DNA of 64,000 nucleotides from a virus: the IMG/VR virus record IMGVR_UViG_3300036823_000120, positions 1 to 64,000 of that record, one strand, 5' to 3'. The position numbers were made by a program, and so were the translations under genes. A model generated the notes under the pieces. That model was not told the origin of the DNA, made no database searches, and saw only the letters and a program-made list of their open reading frames with translations. Shown piece after piece: positions 8,830 to 21,818 of the stretch (the first letter of the stretch is position 1; each line of letters begins with the position of its first letter).

Positions 8830-9777
8830 AAAGGCTCCTTTAAGTTAAGCTTATCACACCAAATATGGTGTTTCTCCTTGATGTGAAGTCTCACTTTAGT
8901 CTCAAAAGCATATAGATCTTTGATGCAAGGATCTTTTAAAGCGTGTCCTTGCATTGAAGAATTCAATCTAGTCAATGCAATAGCACAAATCAGTGGAATT
9001 TGGTCATCCATTACCAATTTAATTGCTTTTGAGACAAGTTTCTTGAACTTAAGCATCTTAATGACCCATTTTGGGTCTCTACAAATCTGCTTATCACTGA
9101 TGGTTAGCACGTTACACTCAACTTGGGAACGTCCCAATGCTTTACAAGCACGAAAACTCATTAACAATCATGAACCATTCGCCACGTTCCACGACAGAAA
9201 TTGGTTGAATAAGTCCAATCTCACGTACACTCGATACCAATTCTTTCATTCGGTCCTCATAATCCTTCGTGCAACTTTTGGATCGCAAGTAACAGCTTCT
9301 TCCAGATACAATCTTTGAGTAATAAGATGCAATTTGCTTAAAGCCAATGCCGTAAGCAAAGCAATTTGATCTTGTCTGACCAAATGAAGCACTTCTCAGA
9401 CATGAAAAGTGGCTCAAAGTGCTTACCATCAGATCGCTTAAATACTTTATCTGAGGGTTTTTGCTTAAAATTGCCCCATATTTCATTGTTACATTTGGTT
9501 TCAGCTTACACAAGAATCCACCTCCCCATACTGAGGAGCAATTGACAAGATTTTGACCATTAAAATAGAGCATTGCTCCATCACCAAGCGACACAAAATC
9601 GGCATAATTCCATTCTGTATCAGCAAATGTGTATACGCCAGCCTTCATTGCAGCTTCTTGGAACGTGTAACGTCGGTCAGATTCACGCTCATAAGCAACA
9701 TGAATAGGTGTGTTGCATTCAATATCAATTGATATATTTATCATATGTGCGTCCCTCTGAATCTGTGTAAGACACAT
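8796..9777 (-). pseudogene. ParB-domain gene split by a frameshift at about 9155-9165
   Basis: ELVSSVREIGLIQPISVV..MIVN in one frame, FRACKALGRSQVECNV in the next; GxxR motif lost at the junction. Confidence 0.7.
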
Positions 9778-10008
9778 TGATTGTGGCTTTGACTTTGATG
9801 AAAACTGAGAGCATTAAAGTCTCACTTATAGGCCAATAGCCCTTTTTATCGATGAAAAGCACGATTCCATCGCCCAGAGACAAGAAACAAGGCTCTTTTG
9901 TATCTACCAGAGCATAAAGCCCTGGATTAAGAACAACCCATTCATAGTTGTTCCATGTGTTTGAATAAAAATAGAATGGCTCATCAACATTTACTTTGAT
10001 TTCAAACT

Positions 10009-10440
10009 TCATTTCAACACCAGAATGTGAATCAGATTGGCGATATTCTTATCTAAGCATAGGGGTATCAGCCAGTTCAGGTTAAATATGCAAGCACTTG
10101 ATAGTGGATGCACGGCATACCAGTGAACTGGTTCATTTTCATCTTGATTTTCGGGAATCTTATAAGTCTCTAACGTCTTTGTAAAGACGTGAAGCTTATA
10201 ATCACGTGACTCTAACACGGCAACGTGATTAAATTCTGGAATAATGAAGCCAGTTTCTTCCTCAATTTCTCGAACTATGGCATCGTGAGGAGTTTCTCCA
10301 GGTTCAATGTGACCACCTGGAGCATTGAGATGACCAGCTTGCCAATCGGGACGTGCTTTGCGTATCAAACATACAAGCTTTTGTTCAGGATCAAATACAA
10401 AAGCAATGCTATACATTTGAATCGTGCGAGTTTTAGTCAT
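10009..10440 (-). CDS. Nudix hydrolase (MutT-like)
   Basis: GGHIEPGETPHDAIVREIEEETG Nudix box. Confidence 0.9.
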   Translation of the reverse strand: MTKTRTIQMYSIAFVFDPEQKLVCLIRKARPDWQAGHLNAPGGHIEPGETPHDAIVREIEEETGFIIPEFNHVAVLESRDYKLHVFTKTLETYKIPENQDENEPVHWYAVHPLSSACIFNLNWLIPLCLDKNIANLIHILVLK

Positions 10441-12633
10441 GAATTGTACTCTTTAGTGCTGATTGAAGTTTTAAAAGCAATTTTTTGCGAAACTCTATCT
10501 TATTAGCACGAGTTGTATTGATTGCAGCTTCATATCCAGTTACAACTGCATATAATGCATCAATCATTAAATCCCATGATTCACGAGTTGGATTAACAAG
10601 AGTTTTACTAACTTCTAAATCATCAGCCATCATTTGAAATCTCACCATTATTCAATTTGCTTTCGATTAGAAGTTTTTCAAATTCATGTAACGTGATTCC
10701 AGCTTTAATGACAAGAGTATGCCCAAATCCACCAGATTCATGTAACGTGATTCCAGCTTGGAACTTGTAATTTTGGATCACCTCCAACTGGACTTTCGGA
10801 ATTAGGTCCAGTTTTCGCAATTTCAAAGCGTCCATCTGCTCTCCTTTGAAGGTCTAATCCACGTCTGTGCAATTTATGCCAATATTCAATAGCAAGATCA
10901 TTGACATTTGCCGTTTCAGGAACAGCAAAAAATGAATTTTCAAGATTTGTCTTATGAAATAGGTCTCCAACTTTTACAGAATCTGCATCAGGAAACATGA
11001 TTTGTTCATCTGGAACAAAACTAATCATTTCACCAATGAAAACGGCTGGCTTTGCAGGTTCAAGCATTGACATGAAGCCAGTTCGGAGTCGAATTGGTTC
11101 TTTCCCATCGCCGTTGACACATTCAGTGATAGACCATCCAAACTTTGATGCCCATTGCTCAGCGTCGGAACGTTGACTAAGAACTACAACTGGACCATCT
11201 TTACCAATCAAAACAAACATACTAACTCCTAGTTAAAAGCCATTTTTCAACAAACTTGATATCGTCGAGAGATATAAGATACAATGCTGAGTAATCTGTA
11301 TCTTGTGTTCGTACAACGAGTAATTTGGATTCAGTCACAAACAATGTGAAAGACTTCAAATCATCAAGTATGATTTCAACAAGTCTCAATTTGGATATTC
11401 GAGACTTAGTAATAAGTGGCGAGTCCATTCGCTTTTTAGACATTATCGAGTTCCACATTATAAGCTGATCCATCGACACGCGGAACAAGCACAAGCTTAT
11501 TCCTCTCAAGCATGCGACGAGTCTCCAACACCAAGTCAGTTAGAATCTTTTCATCTTTTGATGGAACAATCGCCAAACAAGATTCAACGTGATTCGTTTG
11601 AATTCGATCACCAATACTTACATTCTTCATATGAGTAGGCATAAGAGTATACAAATCAGGATAAAACGTCCACATCTTATATGTTTTCGTAGCAATACCA
11701 TACCTAAAGTCAATAGTCCAATGTTGCATTTCAGTTGGAGAGTTGTTATCTTGAATAATATATTTCTTTATTGATATCTCTTGACCAACCTTTCGAAGCT
11801 GTTCACAATAGTGTTTAGCAACTAGTTCATTTTGAAACATGCCATGAAACTTGTCACTATCATCAACTAATATGTAGACATAATACTCTTTGTGAGTCAC
11901 AAATCTATGTAATACATAGTCAATGTTCATATTCTCTTTAATGCAAGATTTGATTATATCGAATAGATCAACAAGCTTGAATGGTTGTGGATAATTAACA
12001 AATATTTCTCTCAAAACAGTGAGCAAGTCACTAAGCTTTGGTTCTTGCTGATTCTTTTGCAAATCTAAAAGCTTTCTTTCAATCTCACGAATTTTTTGCT
12101 GTTGCTCAAATCTCTTTTGTTCCTCTTCATGAATCTGTTTTGGTCTTTTTAGATTTTGTATTGCTTCCTGCATTTCTCTCATTTCTTCTGAATTTGAATC
12201 GCCTGGCATATGTCAGCTCCATTAATAAAACTTATTGCTTAATTAGCAAGTTCACTGGACCGTGATTGACAACTCGCATGAAGCAAGTATCTTTTTTGTT
12301 GGTCAAATCAACTTGCTTACCAACCTCTAATTTGACAGTGCCATAGTTTCCTGTTCTATTTTCTGTGATGATAAGCTCCAAGCTACCATCTGGTTAGATT
12401 TGGATATCAAGCGTGACAATTGGATCGTTCATTTACAAACCTCTTTCCCGCAATTTGGACAACACCAAATATTTGTAGCTTCTTCAATAGCTAAAACATG
12501 ACATCTTTCACACTCAGGAATTGAATCAGTTACAAATATACTAAAAACCATATAACCAGCACTTAATGTGAAAATAACAATTATAAGAATTACTAATTCG
12601 CTCATCATTTAAGCTCCATGTTATAAGTTGAAA

Positions 12634-13677
12634 TTATCCTTCGATATTTTCATTTTTGAACTCTTTTCTGAACTGCTTCCAGCCTCTCATTGGACCAGAT
12701 CGAAGTTTCGGATCGTCGGTGGCCTGATTAATATGTTCTAAGGGTGAAACGTGTAGCACATCATCGTCACGTTCTATAAGCTTTTTACAAAGATTAATAT
12801 CCTCTTTAAAATCACGAATACCTTCATGGGTTAAGTAGCTAAGACGCGCTGATCGACCAGCAGAAATCATTTTTGCTTTCTCAATAGCGAATTCCATGTA
12901 ACTTTTTCCACTCTGATTTTCAGATTCAGTCAAGAAACCCGGTTCTTGAATTTGAATATTCAGCTTCATTATTTCTTCGCCCATAAGCTCATTGTCAGTC
13001 ATCTTGTCAAAGTATGGCAAGTGCCATTGACCAGCCCTCAAAACCCTTGGCTTGCACTTTGATATTTCGTCACGAATCATGCCTGCAATCTTCTGAAAGT
13101 GGCGTTCAGCAGCCGGATGACAACGCAAACGGAAAAAGTTTCGCCACTCTGTTCCAGTAAGCAAACATGTCATCCACATCCAAGGTTCTGTGAGACGATT
13201 ACAGAGGCTTTTATGTAGTCCCAAAGCAGCCAATTGGTCGGCTGATCGAACTGCATTGTCTCTTGCTTCAAGCCAAATTCGTTTGGCTTGAACTAAGGCA
13301 TCTCCGGTAAGTTCATCATCGTTGCTTTGCATTCCAGTTTGTTCTTTTCCCCAATGAATAGGAATAACTGGATTGCTCATAATATACGAGTACATACAAT
13401 TTGCAACGTAATATTCATATGTCTCATTTTCATCGAGACTAATTTCATTAAATTGTCCTTTACCAATTATCTGTGCTCCGGGTGGAAGTTCAGTAATTGT
13501 GACTTGATGCTTTCCCTTGCGTTTCCACGGAATTGCTCTACTTGAGGCACTATTTCGTGCTTTATCTCGATGTGTTAGCACTTCACCATGAATGAACCTA
13601 GGGTAAGTAGCCTGAATTGTATAAATTGGAATTCCACATGGGCCTATTGAAGCAAGTACAACTTTGGCGTCAAACAT
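12634..13677 (-). CDS. thyX: Flavin-dependent thymidylate synthase
   Basis: HRDKARNSASSRAIP, HKSLCNRLTEP, WRNFFRLRCHPAA, SPLEH. Confidence 0.85.
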   Translation of the reverse strand: MFDAKVVLASIGPCGIPIYTIQATYPRFIHGEVLTHRDKARNSASSRAIPWKRKGKHQVTITELPPGAQIIGKGQFNEISLDENETYEYYVANCMYSYIMSNPVIPIHWGKEQTGMQSNDDELTGDALVQAKRIWLEARDNAVRSADQLAALGLHKSLCNRLTEPWMWMTCLLTGTEWRNFFRLRCHPAAERHFQKIAGMIRDEISKCKPRVLRAGQWHLPYFDKMTDNELMGEEIMKLNIQIQEPGFLTESENQSGKSYMEFAIEKAKMISAGRSARLSYLTHEGIRDFKEDINLCKKLIERDDDVLHVSPLEHINQATDDPKLRSGPMRGWKQFRKEFKNENIEG

Positions 13678-14937
13678 TATATTTTCCTAAGATAGTTTTT
13701 AGTTCAAGTTCCGTAATATGAAATGCTTTTATAAGTATTTCTCTATTTTCCATTAGGGTAAATTTTAAAAAGTTCACGAATAATTTCGTCTCTCTTTTCT
13801 TGAGTTAGAATAAATCTATGAACATTAGCTAAAATTTGATAAAATTTCATAAAAGCATAATTCATTTTAGTGCCCAATGTTGTCGTTGTTCAATTAATGT
13901 CATTAAATCACTAAGATTGCCATCGAAATTGACTTTTATCACATGTTGTCCAGATAATAAGATTATATAATTTTTCTCTTGCATAGACACAGCAATAATT
14001 TTTGTGACATCAAAATTAATATCAACATTTGTTTCAGAATCTCTTAAGCTCATGAAACGAGATTCGTAATTCATCTTAAAGTCCAAGAGACAAATATCAA
14101 GATCTTTGAGAACATTTCGCAATTCTCCACCATAGTTGGAAGCAATCTTGTTAATTGCTACTCGAACTTTAGTAAGTCTATCAAGTAGACTTAAGACTTC
14201 TAACTTTTCAGGCTCAACATCATCTAAGATATTCAAAGCATCTTTAACAGTTTTAGCTTGAACTTGACCAGTAACATCACTAAGTAGCCATTGAAGCTTT
14301 TCACGTAATGCGATTTTTTGTTGAGTATTCATTTAACTGTTGCTTCGCTAAGCAGTAATATAATGGCTTTAAAATGAGACATGGCCCAATCTTTTGCACC
14401 AACAAGATCACTATTTTTCAGGAATTCCTTTTTCCCTAAGCATTCCATTTTGTAACGCCGATTCTCTGGCATCTTGGTTAACGTCAATAATTTGGCTGCC
14501 GGTTCCACTAGAAGTTGATAGACGCCAGGTTCGGATTCTTTCCAGAACAGTTTCAAATTTTAAATCCTCTGTTTCCCATATAAAATTATGTAGCTGACAT
14601 TCATTTGAAATATGTTTGCTGAACAATTCTCGTAAAACTTGTTGCAATTGTCGAGCTTCTTCTACTTTTGTCTCATAATTTGATTTCAAATCAAGTGGAA
14701 GTTCTACACCTTGAGTTTGAAATAGAAAAATTGGCTCTGCAATATCATTATATTTTTTCAATAAATATAATTCTTCATCTGTTAATTCAATGTCAATTAC
14801 TTCAACTTTTGTATAAAAGAGCTTAACTTTCATATTAATTTATCTCCATAGGATGACCGCATTTGCCTTTAAGCATATGCTCTGCTTTAAGCATAATTAA
14901 GATAAGGCTTAAAATACGGTCATATTGATTTCTAAAT

Positions 14938-15126
14938 TTAAGGTTTGCCACCTAAGTGTATTGGTCCTTGATTACCTCCACTAAATCTAGTCCTTGACGT
15001 GCTTGATGCACGCTTCAAATTTGGTTGACTAGAACCAGTGCCAGGTAAAACTGCCTTCTGACTAGTCGCAGACTTAGCAGCGGCTCCAATTGACTTGGCA
15101 CTACCACTTTTGTTAGACTTAGCCAT
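14938..15126 (-). CDS. Small basic S/K/G-rich protein
   Basis: Composition; coupled to upstream basic ORF. Confidence 0.6.
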   Translation of the reverse strand: MAKSNKSGSAKSIGAAAKSATSQKAVLPGTGSSQPNLKRASSTSRTRFSGGNQGPIHLGGKP

Positions 15127-15128
15127 GA

Positions 15129-15269
15129 TTACTTCTTGCCTTTCTTACGGCTTTTGCCTGCCTTATTTAAGGCAATTGCAATAGCCTGTTTTTGTGGATA
15201 ACCAGAACTCTTCAATTCTTTGATGTTCTTACCAACAGTTTTGTTGCTTTTTCCTTTCTTTAGTGGCAT
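15129..15269 (-). CDS. 46-aa highly basic phage protein (MPLKKGKS...[12 protein letters not shown] type)
   Basis: Translated by hand; AAGGA RBS; below ORF-track cutoff. Confidence 0.75.
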   Translation of the reverse strand: MPLKKGKSNKTVGKNIKELKSSGYPQKQAIAIALNKAGKSRKKGKK

Positions 15270-15959
15270 TATACAATCCTCTTATTGCTTATCTTTCAAA
15301 ATTGAAAGATTAAAGCTAATATCCAGGTTCAAGATGAGAATCATCATACTCTTGATCTACGATATCATAATCATCATGGTCACATGGACCTTCATAGAGG
15401 TCTGTTTCTCCATTTGCATCTTTGAAAAGCCATTCTTTTGGCTTACCTTCATCTAAATCTACATTACTAACCCATCCATAACAACTACATTCCTTACAAA
15501 CGAGTTTGTAATTCATTGTTTTTCCACAAGAGGTAATGATTTCCAGCGTAATTGAATAAGATCTTTATGTATAATAGGATCAAAAGCAATATTGTTTTCA
15601 ATATGACCTGCACATGCAAATTTCGGTGACATGTGACAAGGTTGAATTTCCATATAAAATGGATGAATAGTCTCACCCGGTTCATTAATTTTATGAAATG
15701 GACATTCACTACATTTATTACCAATTGATTTTTCTTTTTAAGTTTTGTGAGTCGTTCAATCTCTTCCTTTTTGGCCAAGATATATTTAGCTTTTTCATAT
15801 TCATTCATTTTTTAACTTTCTGCTTTTTAGGAAAGATATAAGTTCTAAATCGACCTTTCCAATTAGCACATTTATTAATGTGCTTATTCCAATCTCTTGT
15901 GCCTTTTCTAGATTCTTCTACCTTTATTTCACGACCACAATATTTGCATTTCTTGAGTA

Positions 15960-17027
15960 TCATTCTTCTGGTCTCACTCTCTTAAAACGAGCCTCTTTTG
16001 GAATACCACCATCACTTAATTCTCTATAAGTGAAGGTAATAATACTTCCAACTGGGAACTGAATAGAAAAAGGCTGATCGCTAAAGCTACCAGCATTATT
16101 AATAGCCCAAACTTGGCCAAATTCTGTAAGTTCGCGTTCCTTATCAGTAAAGCCTCCAATATCAAGCTGGACACCATTATAAAGCACTCGGATGCTACCG
16201 AGTCTACCGTGATGCTTGCCATTACCTGCGATATAACCCAAAAGTTGTGCTTCATCGTCTTTGTCTGGTTTGTATTTAAATAGCCAATTACTTCTATATG
16301 GTTCCCACTCCCATGATGGATGACGTAGCATCACGCCTTCACCACCTTCATCAGTGATTTCTGACAAAAGTTGTTCAAGTCGTGCATCTGCATTCACAGT
16401 CATGAATGGCAGAAGTTCTTGCTTATGCAGCAAGACATTGGATTCACCACGAATCCAATATTCATCGCCAACCTTCTTGCATTCTTTCTCAAGAAGATTA
16501 TGTGTGAACTCAAAACTTGTTGGAGTACCAGCATCTACGATCCCAAGATTTACCAAACAATGAGCTTGATTAATTGTCTTCTTGAAGTTTGGGTTATTAA
16601 TTCGACCATCTTTAAAAAGCACGCCATAAGTTGGACTATCAAAGACGTAGAACTTGATCTTGTTCCATTCTTCGACATTTGGTTCATGCTTCTTGACAAT
16701 TTTCATTGTCTTTTGAAAAGATTGTCTGCCCATCCAAAGCTCACCATCAAGACAACGATCACGAGGCAATGAATTAAGAAAATCTGACGGTGCATAGATA
16801 ATTTTGCCATACCTACTAAACAGTCCAGTAGCAATTGAAATCTTTTTGTCCTTTTCGATATTAGCAAAAGGAACAGTGTCAATAGACCTACCGCGAGCAG
16901 CAGGAATCCAAGTCGCACGCATCCCGTCCAACTTCTCGCTGCAAAACATACCCCCAATCCTATGCTTTGACTTGTCGAGAACAGAGGATAACATGACAAA
17001 TTCACGATTGGTCCTCACTGATGGCAT
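15960..17027 (-). CDS. ATP-dependent DNA ligase
   Basis: EKLDGMRA, LDGELW, FYVFD, GEGVMLR, WLFKYK; GAGG RBS before ATG 17027. Confidence 0.93.
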   Translation of the reverse strand: MPSVRTNREFVMLSSVLDKSKHRIGGMFCSEKLDGMRATWIPAARGRSIDTVPFANIEKDKKISIATGLFSRYGKIIYAPSDFLNSLPRDRCLDGELWMGRQSFQKTMKIVKKHEPNVEEWNKIKFYVFDSPTYGVLFKDGRINNPNFKKTINQAHCLVNLGIVDAGTPTSFEFTHNLLEKECKKVGDEYWIRGESNVLLHKQELLPFMTVNADARLEQLLSEITDEGGEGVMLRHPSWEWEPYRSNWLFKYKPDKDDEAQLLGYIAGNGKHHGRLGSIRVLYNGVQLDIGGFTDKERELTEFGQVWAINNAGSFSDQPFSIQFPVGSIITFTYRELSDGGIPKEARFKRVRPEE

Positions 17028-17028
17028 T

Positions 17029-17472
17029 TTAACCTCGAAACTGGTTACCATATTTGGCTGAACATCTTGGCTGACAAAATGGACCAGCTTTTCCTTTTCT
17101 CTCAGCCTCAGCACGTCTCATTTGTTGTTGAGCAGACATAACAAAGGGACTTTCGCATTGATAACAAATCATTACGATATAGTCCTCATATTTTCTATGA
17201 GTTTTGTTATGATTTTCAGTAGATTTTAAGACTTGCAAATTGCTCAATTCATCATTAAGCTTATTGTCGTCTATATGATCTACTTCTTCATGACTTTCGA
17301 GCAAACGACCTAAATGTTCTTGCATCTTGAATCTGCTCAAGTGCAGAGTGAACTGTTCATCTTTTGAGAAGTAGATTACTACTTCTCTACGTTGCTTAAC
17401 TTCATTTAAATAAGGACCAAGAATTCTTGCATTTCTACACACGCAAGAAATAAGCTTCTGGTTAGTTGCCAT
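17029..17472 (-). CDS. HNH homing endonuclease with Zn-binding C-terminus
   Basis: EEVDHIDDNKLNDELSNLQVL; CYQC..FC..RC. Confidence 0.85.
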   Translation of the reverse strand: MATNQKLISCVCRNARILGPYLNEVKQRREVVIYFSKDEQFTLHLSRFKMQEHLGRLLESHEEVDHIDDNKLNDELSNLQVLKSTENHNKTHRKYEDYIVMICYQCESPFVMSAQQQMRRAEAERKGKAGPFCQPRCSAKYGNQFRG

Positions 17473-18193
17473 AAGCTGTATTGTCCTCAGCTAACTTTGC
17501 AATGTTCAACAAATATGGATAATCACATCGATTACAACATTCTTCCATTGAAGTCACCATAGCCATAGCTAAGGTGAAAGCATCTTGTTTCCTGGTTTCA
17601 AGATTAGGAGTTGTACCTCCAGTAACCTTAGCGACTTCATCAAATTCTGCGGATTCTTTGGCACGATAGAACACAATCCAACTCTTGTTATCGTATTCGA
17701 TACACCATTCACGGTAACCTGCACCGACTGACTTAAAAGCGATCAATACTTTGTCGCTATTGGACGATTGAAGTCGCCAAATTATCCGATGCTTATCGCC
17801 CTTTGCAAAGTTCTTTTTCAGAACTGCTTGGCGGTGCCAATCGTATTGTGTCAACATAAGCTTTTACCTTTGTACACAGATTTCCCAAGTTTTTCAGCTA
17901 ATTCAAGATAACTTTGCCAGTTAAGACGGAACTCATCACTCTTCTCAAAAGCTCCAATCATGTTCATGACAAGAACTAAAGAAGCATTTTTCTGGATATT
18001 TTTGTTTCCAGATTTCCAACCACTAATAATGGCAATTGTCTAGCCAGTGCCAAGAATAGGGCTATCGGAACGACCAACAATCCAACCAGAAGTTCCATAA
18101 TACAAAATGTATCTGTAAAATTCTTCTTTATTTTGGAATTCAAGATTGAGCCTATACCCATTCAGTTCAACTTGAATCGAAAACGATTTGACG

Positions 18194-18397
18194 TCAGATG
18201 ATTTCTTTTTTGGCATTGAACTTAATTGTTCCTGCCGCAAACTTGGCTTTTTCATCGTCAAGTTGGTTACTAGCTTTTTCTTCATCCCAATCAACCTCCT
18301 TAAGTACACGTTCACAATGAGTAAAATCTGCATGAGTTTTCTTGATAAGCCTCAGTATGGCACTATACTGATTGACAGTTAGTTCAACTGGTTGCAT
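18194..18397 (-). CDS. EF-Ts N-terminal (UBA-like) domain protein
   Basis: ILRLIKKTHADFTHCERVLKEVDWDEEKASNQL resembles VKELRERTGAGMMDCKKALxExxGDxExA. Confidence 0.6.
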   Translation of the reverse strand: MQPVELTVNQYSAILRLIKKTHADFTHCERVLKEVDWDEEKASNQLDDEKAKFAAGTIKFNAKKEII

Positions 18398-19055
18398 CGA
18401 CGTTCCTTTTCGCTTATAACTAGGTCTAAGAATTTATAATAATCGTGAACCTCAGAATATCCTGTTTCATTGTCAACCAACAAAACATGGTTCTTTGTTA
18501 ATATCCACGTTGTTATCGGCGTTGATTGCAATACTAAGATCATCATAATTTTTATTCCAATCAACAATTGCAATTGAACCACAACGCAGGCACTTAAAGC
18601 GTATTACTGTGCAAAACTCTTGCACAGTTTGAATCGCTTTGATATCGTTGTCATTTAAATTCTTGCAACCACCTTCACAGTGCCAAATTCCATTGGTATT
18701 TAACATCACTTATCCTCCATTATGAATTTATCATCTTCACCGCCCACACGTTCCATAAGCAAGAAACTGTGAATCATTATTTTTTGTGCATCTTTACCAA
18801 TTTCATCTCGAACACACTTTTTATCTGAATCAAGTTGCCCGACCCAAATACCTTTATCATTTTCCCAATCTTTAACATAGCGTTTATAGTAAGACATTGC
18901 TCGTTGAGCAGTCGGAAAAGCATAAGTATATTCATGCCTCTCGTCACTCATAAGTCTACCTCTCGCATCATACATTCTATGTGAAATAGTGACAATATAG
19001 ACAAGAATACTGTCATTGCTCGAATCGTATGTGAGCTTCGTTGACTTTAGCTTCA

Positions 19056-19459
19056 TCACTTTTCCTCAATTGAAGAAAGCTCTTTTAAAACTAATATTTT
19101 TGCAGCTATTTTTTGTGCATAAATTTCAATTATATTATTAGCAAGAACCTTTTTCATATGTATTAATAATTTCCTTTCTAATTCAATCTCTTGTCTTAGC
19201 CAATCTACAAATTTAGTTCGTTCTTGTAATGTGAGAACTATCATGTCTCTCTTTCTTGTAGCTTATAATCACGAAAACTATCTTGTTCAACTTCTTGTTC
19301 AACAATAATTTTCGCAATAATTTTTAATCTATAAATTTTACTACTAGAAGACAAATTATCCATTTGCTTTAATGTAATCTTTCCTAATTCAATCTCTTGC
19401 TTCAACCAACTAGAAAGCTTTATTCTCTCTTCTTGTGTTAATATAATCATGTAAGCCAT
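19056..19459 (-). CDS. Two tandem paralogous small proteins (19056-19244, 19241-19459)
   Basis: MIVLTLQERTKFVDWLRQEIEL vs MIILTQEERIKLSSWLKQEIEL. Confidence 0.75.
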
Positions 19460-19834
19460 CCTGTAACCATAACATCTAATACATAACGATCAACACGCCT
19501 ATCTCCCTTAAGTCTGTATTGTTCCCAGGGAGCTTTTGCATTACAATCTTCATTGAAAGTTATATCATTGTCGTGCATTTTCTTCTTGAGAAAATCTTTG
19601 AGCGTTGGAATCTCACGTAAAAAGCATGGTTCAACACCAATCATATAGGCAAGATGATTAATGAGAATAGCTGGTTCGTCTCCATTTTTTACATCCTCAT
19701 CTATATCTGTATCGGTATTGACACCAATGATAAATCCGTCAGCTTTCCGATATGGTTAAAGCTTTTCTGTTTCAATCAAAAATAAGTCTGGACCTTCTTC
19801 CAAGCCTTCAGTCCAAACTAAAAGTGTCCACATA

Positions 19835-20107
19835 CTATTCTACCTTTTGTTCAAGTGTGACTGATTGAATCTTTGTTTGATTAGCTTGTGTTAAAGGACC
19901 ACGCATCGCGTTAATTCTATCTAGTTCCTCAACAAAACGATCAATATTGTACCCTAAATTCAAAAATGCTAAGTGTACAATATTGTACGGCAAACCTTCA
20001 ACTAAAGCTTTACCCATACAATAGCTATCAACTAATTGAAGTTTCTGCTCAACTGCAATTTCTTCAGCACGAGACAGAAGAGTGTGAAATCGGACGGTAA
20101 GGTTCAT
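19835..20107 (-). CDS. Stand-alone Clp N-terminal-repeat-like protein
   Basis: LT..F..LL..A.EIA......VDS.....AL......V...F..LG pattern. Confidence 0.55.
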   Translation of the reverse strand: MNLTVRFHTLLSRAEEIAVEQKLQLVDSYCMGKALVEGLPYNIVHLAFLNLGYNIDRFVEELDRINAMRGPLTQANQTKIQSVTLEQKVE

Positions 20108-20327
20108 TTTGAATTATCTCCTCAACAGTGTCTACTTCGATTTGAGGTAAATTAAGAGTTTGAGCTGCCTTAACTCTTAATTGGCCATCAAGGACTTTTT
20201 TACCCTGTACCAGTATACGAGATTTGGTACGTACATGCAAGCCCCAAATTACTTCTGCTTCAAGTTGAAGCAAGTCTGGAACTGACCTTAATTTAGGAAG
20301 TTCCAGATCGGCTGGATTAACCATCAT
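20064..20327 (-). CDS. Minimal ParB/Srx N-domain protein
   Basis: ILVQGKKVLDGQLRVKAAQTLNLPQIEV. Confidence 0.65.
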   Translation of the reverse strand: MMVNPADLELPKLRSVPDLLQLEAEVIWGLHVRTKSRILVQGKKVLDGQLRVKAAQTLNLPQIEVDTVEEIIQNEPYRPISHSSVSC

Positions 20328-21818
20328 TAGCGAGTTCCTCTTTCGTTTCCAAAGATTTGATAAAATCTTTCAGAACTTTGAGGCGAGTCTTCAAGTTTTC
20401 TTCGATTTCTTCGTGTGATTCGGCGTCCCTGCCACCCATCCATGACCGTTCTATGCGTGCTTTTGCATAGTTATTAATCAAACGCATCAACTTCTTTGAT
20501 TCAATAGTTGTCATTATAATATAAATCCACAAATTATTATGGCATCGAAACTTCCCGATTGCATTTCGTTATGCTTTGTGAACCGAAATTCAGTATCATC
20601 ATGGTAAAAGAACTTACTCATTTCATCAAGAAGCTTTTCCTGCTTCCTACTATCTGTATTTTCATTAATAAAATGATTATGAAACTGCTTTATAGTCTCA
20701 AATTCACTATCATTTAGTCTATCTAGAATGACAAAATGAGTTTCTTCAGGGATGTCACACCAAATTACAAGTATAGTTTTCATTCTTGTTTCTCTCCTCC
20801 CATGATTGTAGACAGTCTCTTGGTATCCTTTTCAGTACAATGCTTTCTGGCAATATCCATTGACAATCTGTTTGCCGCAAACTCAGCTTCGAGTTCTTCT
20901 TTCGTTGCAAGATGCCAGTGACGCGCTCTAGCGTAGTAGTGCGTCATCTTGTTCAAGAATTGCTTTTCAGCATGAAGATACTCTGGATTGTTGTTCAATA
21001 CATTTCCAGCCATATTTGCAATTGAAAGTACAAATTCTTCACGAGTCATCTTAGCAACAATTGAGCCTTTCTCATAAAAAGGGAGCCTTTCACCAATTTT
21101 TGTTTCGAGTGCATGAATATCGAATTGATCCGCAATAAGCCGAATCGTGTGTTTGTTAGCATCTCCAGATTCAGTGAAATAATCGATAGGATAGCCAACA
21201 ATTGTGATATCACTTTTGTGATGAAGCGAGTTACGTGCCTCAACAGCTTTGTTTACGGTTGAAAACAAACCGTGAATTTCTGGCTCACTCTCGTAGCCCA
21301 CATCTTCGATCACAATATAGACATGGACAATTGGCCCATTATCACCAAATTCAAACGGATACATTGTCGATGACTCCAATTTCTTGAATGTCAAGAATAC
21401 CAAAGACACATTTATACATACCTAGCCACGGCTTTTCAGGAGCCGTATATGCTAGAAGCATAAAGTCCCAAGTCATTTCTTGAGCGTTTTCATTGAGCTT
21501 ATGCCAAATTGTTTCAAATAACTTTATGATATCATCTCTTGTTGGATGATTCACAAAGTAGTAAGAAGCTCGTAGTTGTTCTGTGAGAAATTTCAGCTTG
21601 AAAGCCTTCATTTCTATCTCATAAAGATTTCGTAAGTGCCGTGTGTGCCAATAGCAACAGACACCGGACGTAGCATATTAGATGGTACTTGATTTTTCTC
21701 ACAATCTTTGAGAGCTTCTTCAAGTGTAGTATGAATACCATCTACTCCAACAAACCACACTTCAAATCTTTTGATGCCTTGAGTTTCACCATTTAAGATG
21801 ATAGATCTATCATCTAAG

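Noticed and set aside
10682-10759. 24-bp direct repeat as att or regulatory site
   Set aside because: In-frame internal duplication encoding AGITLHE twice; no integrase nearby
12232-19833. Genome-wide stop-codon reassignment (TAG/TAA to Gln)
   Set aside because: TAA, TAG and TGA all end well-defined genes, long genes are open in code 11, and no suppressor tRNA is seen
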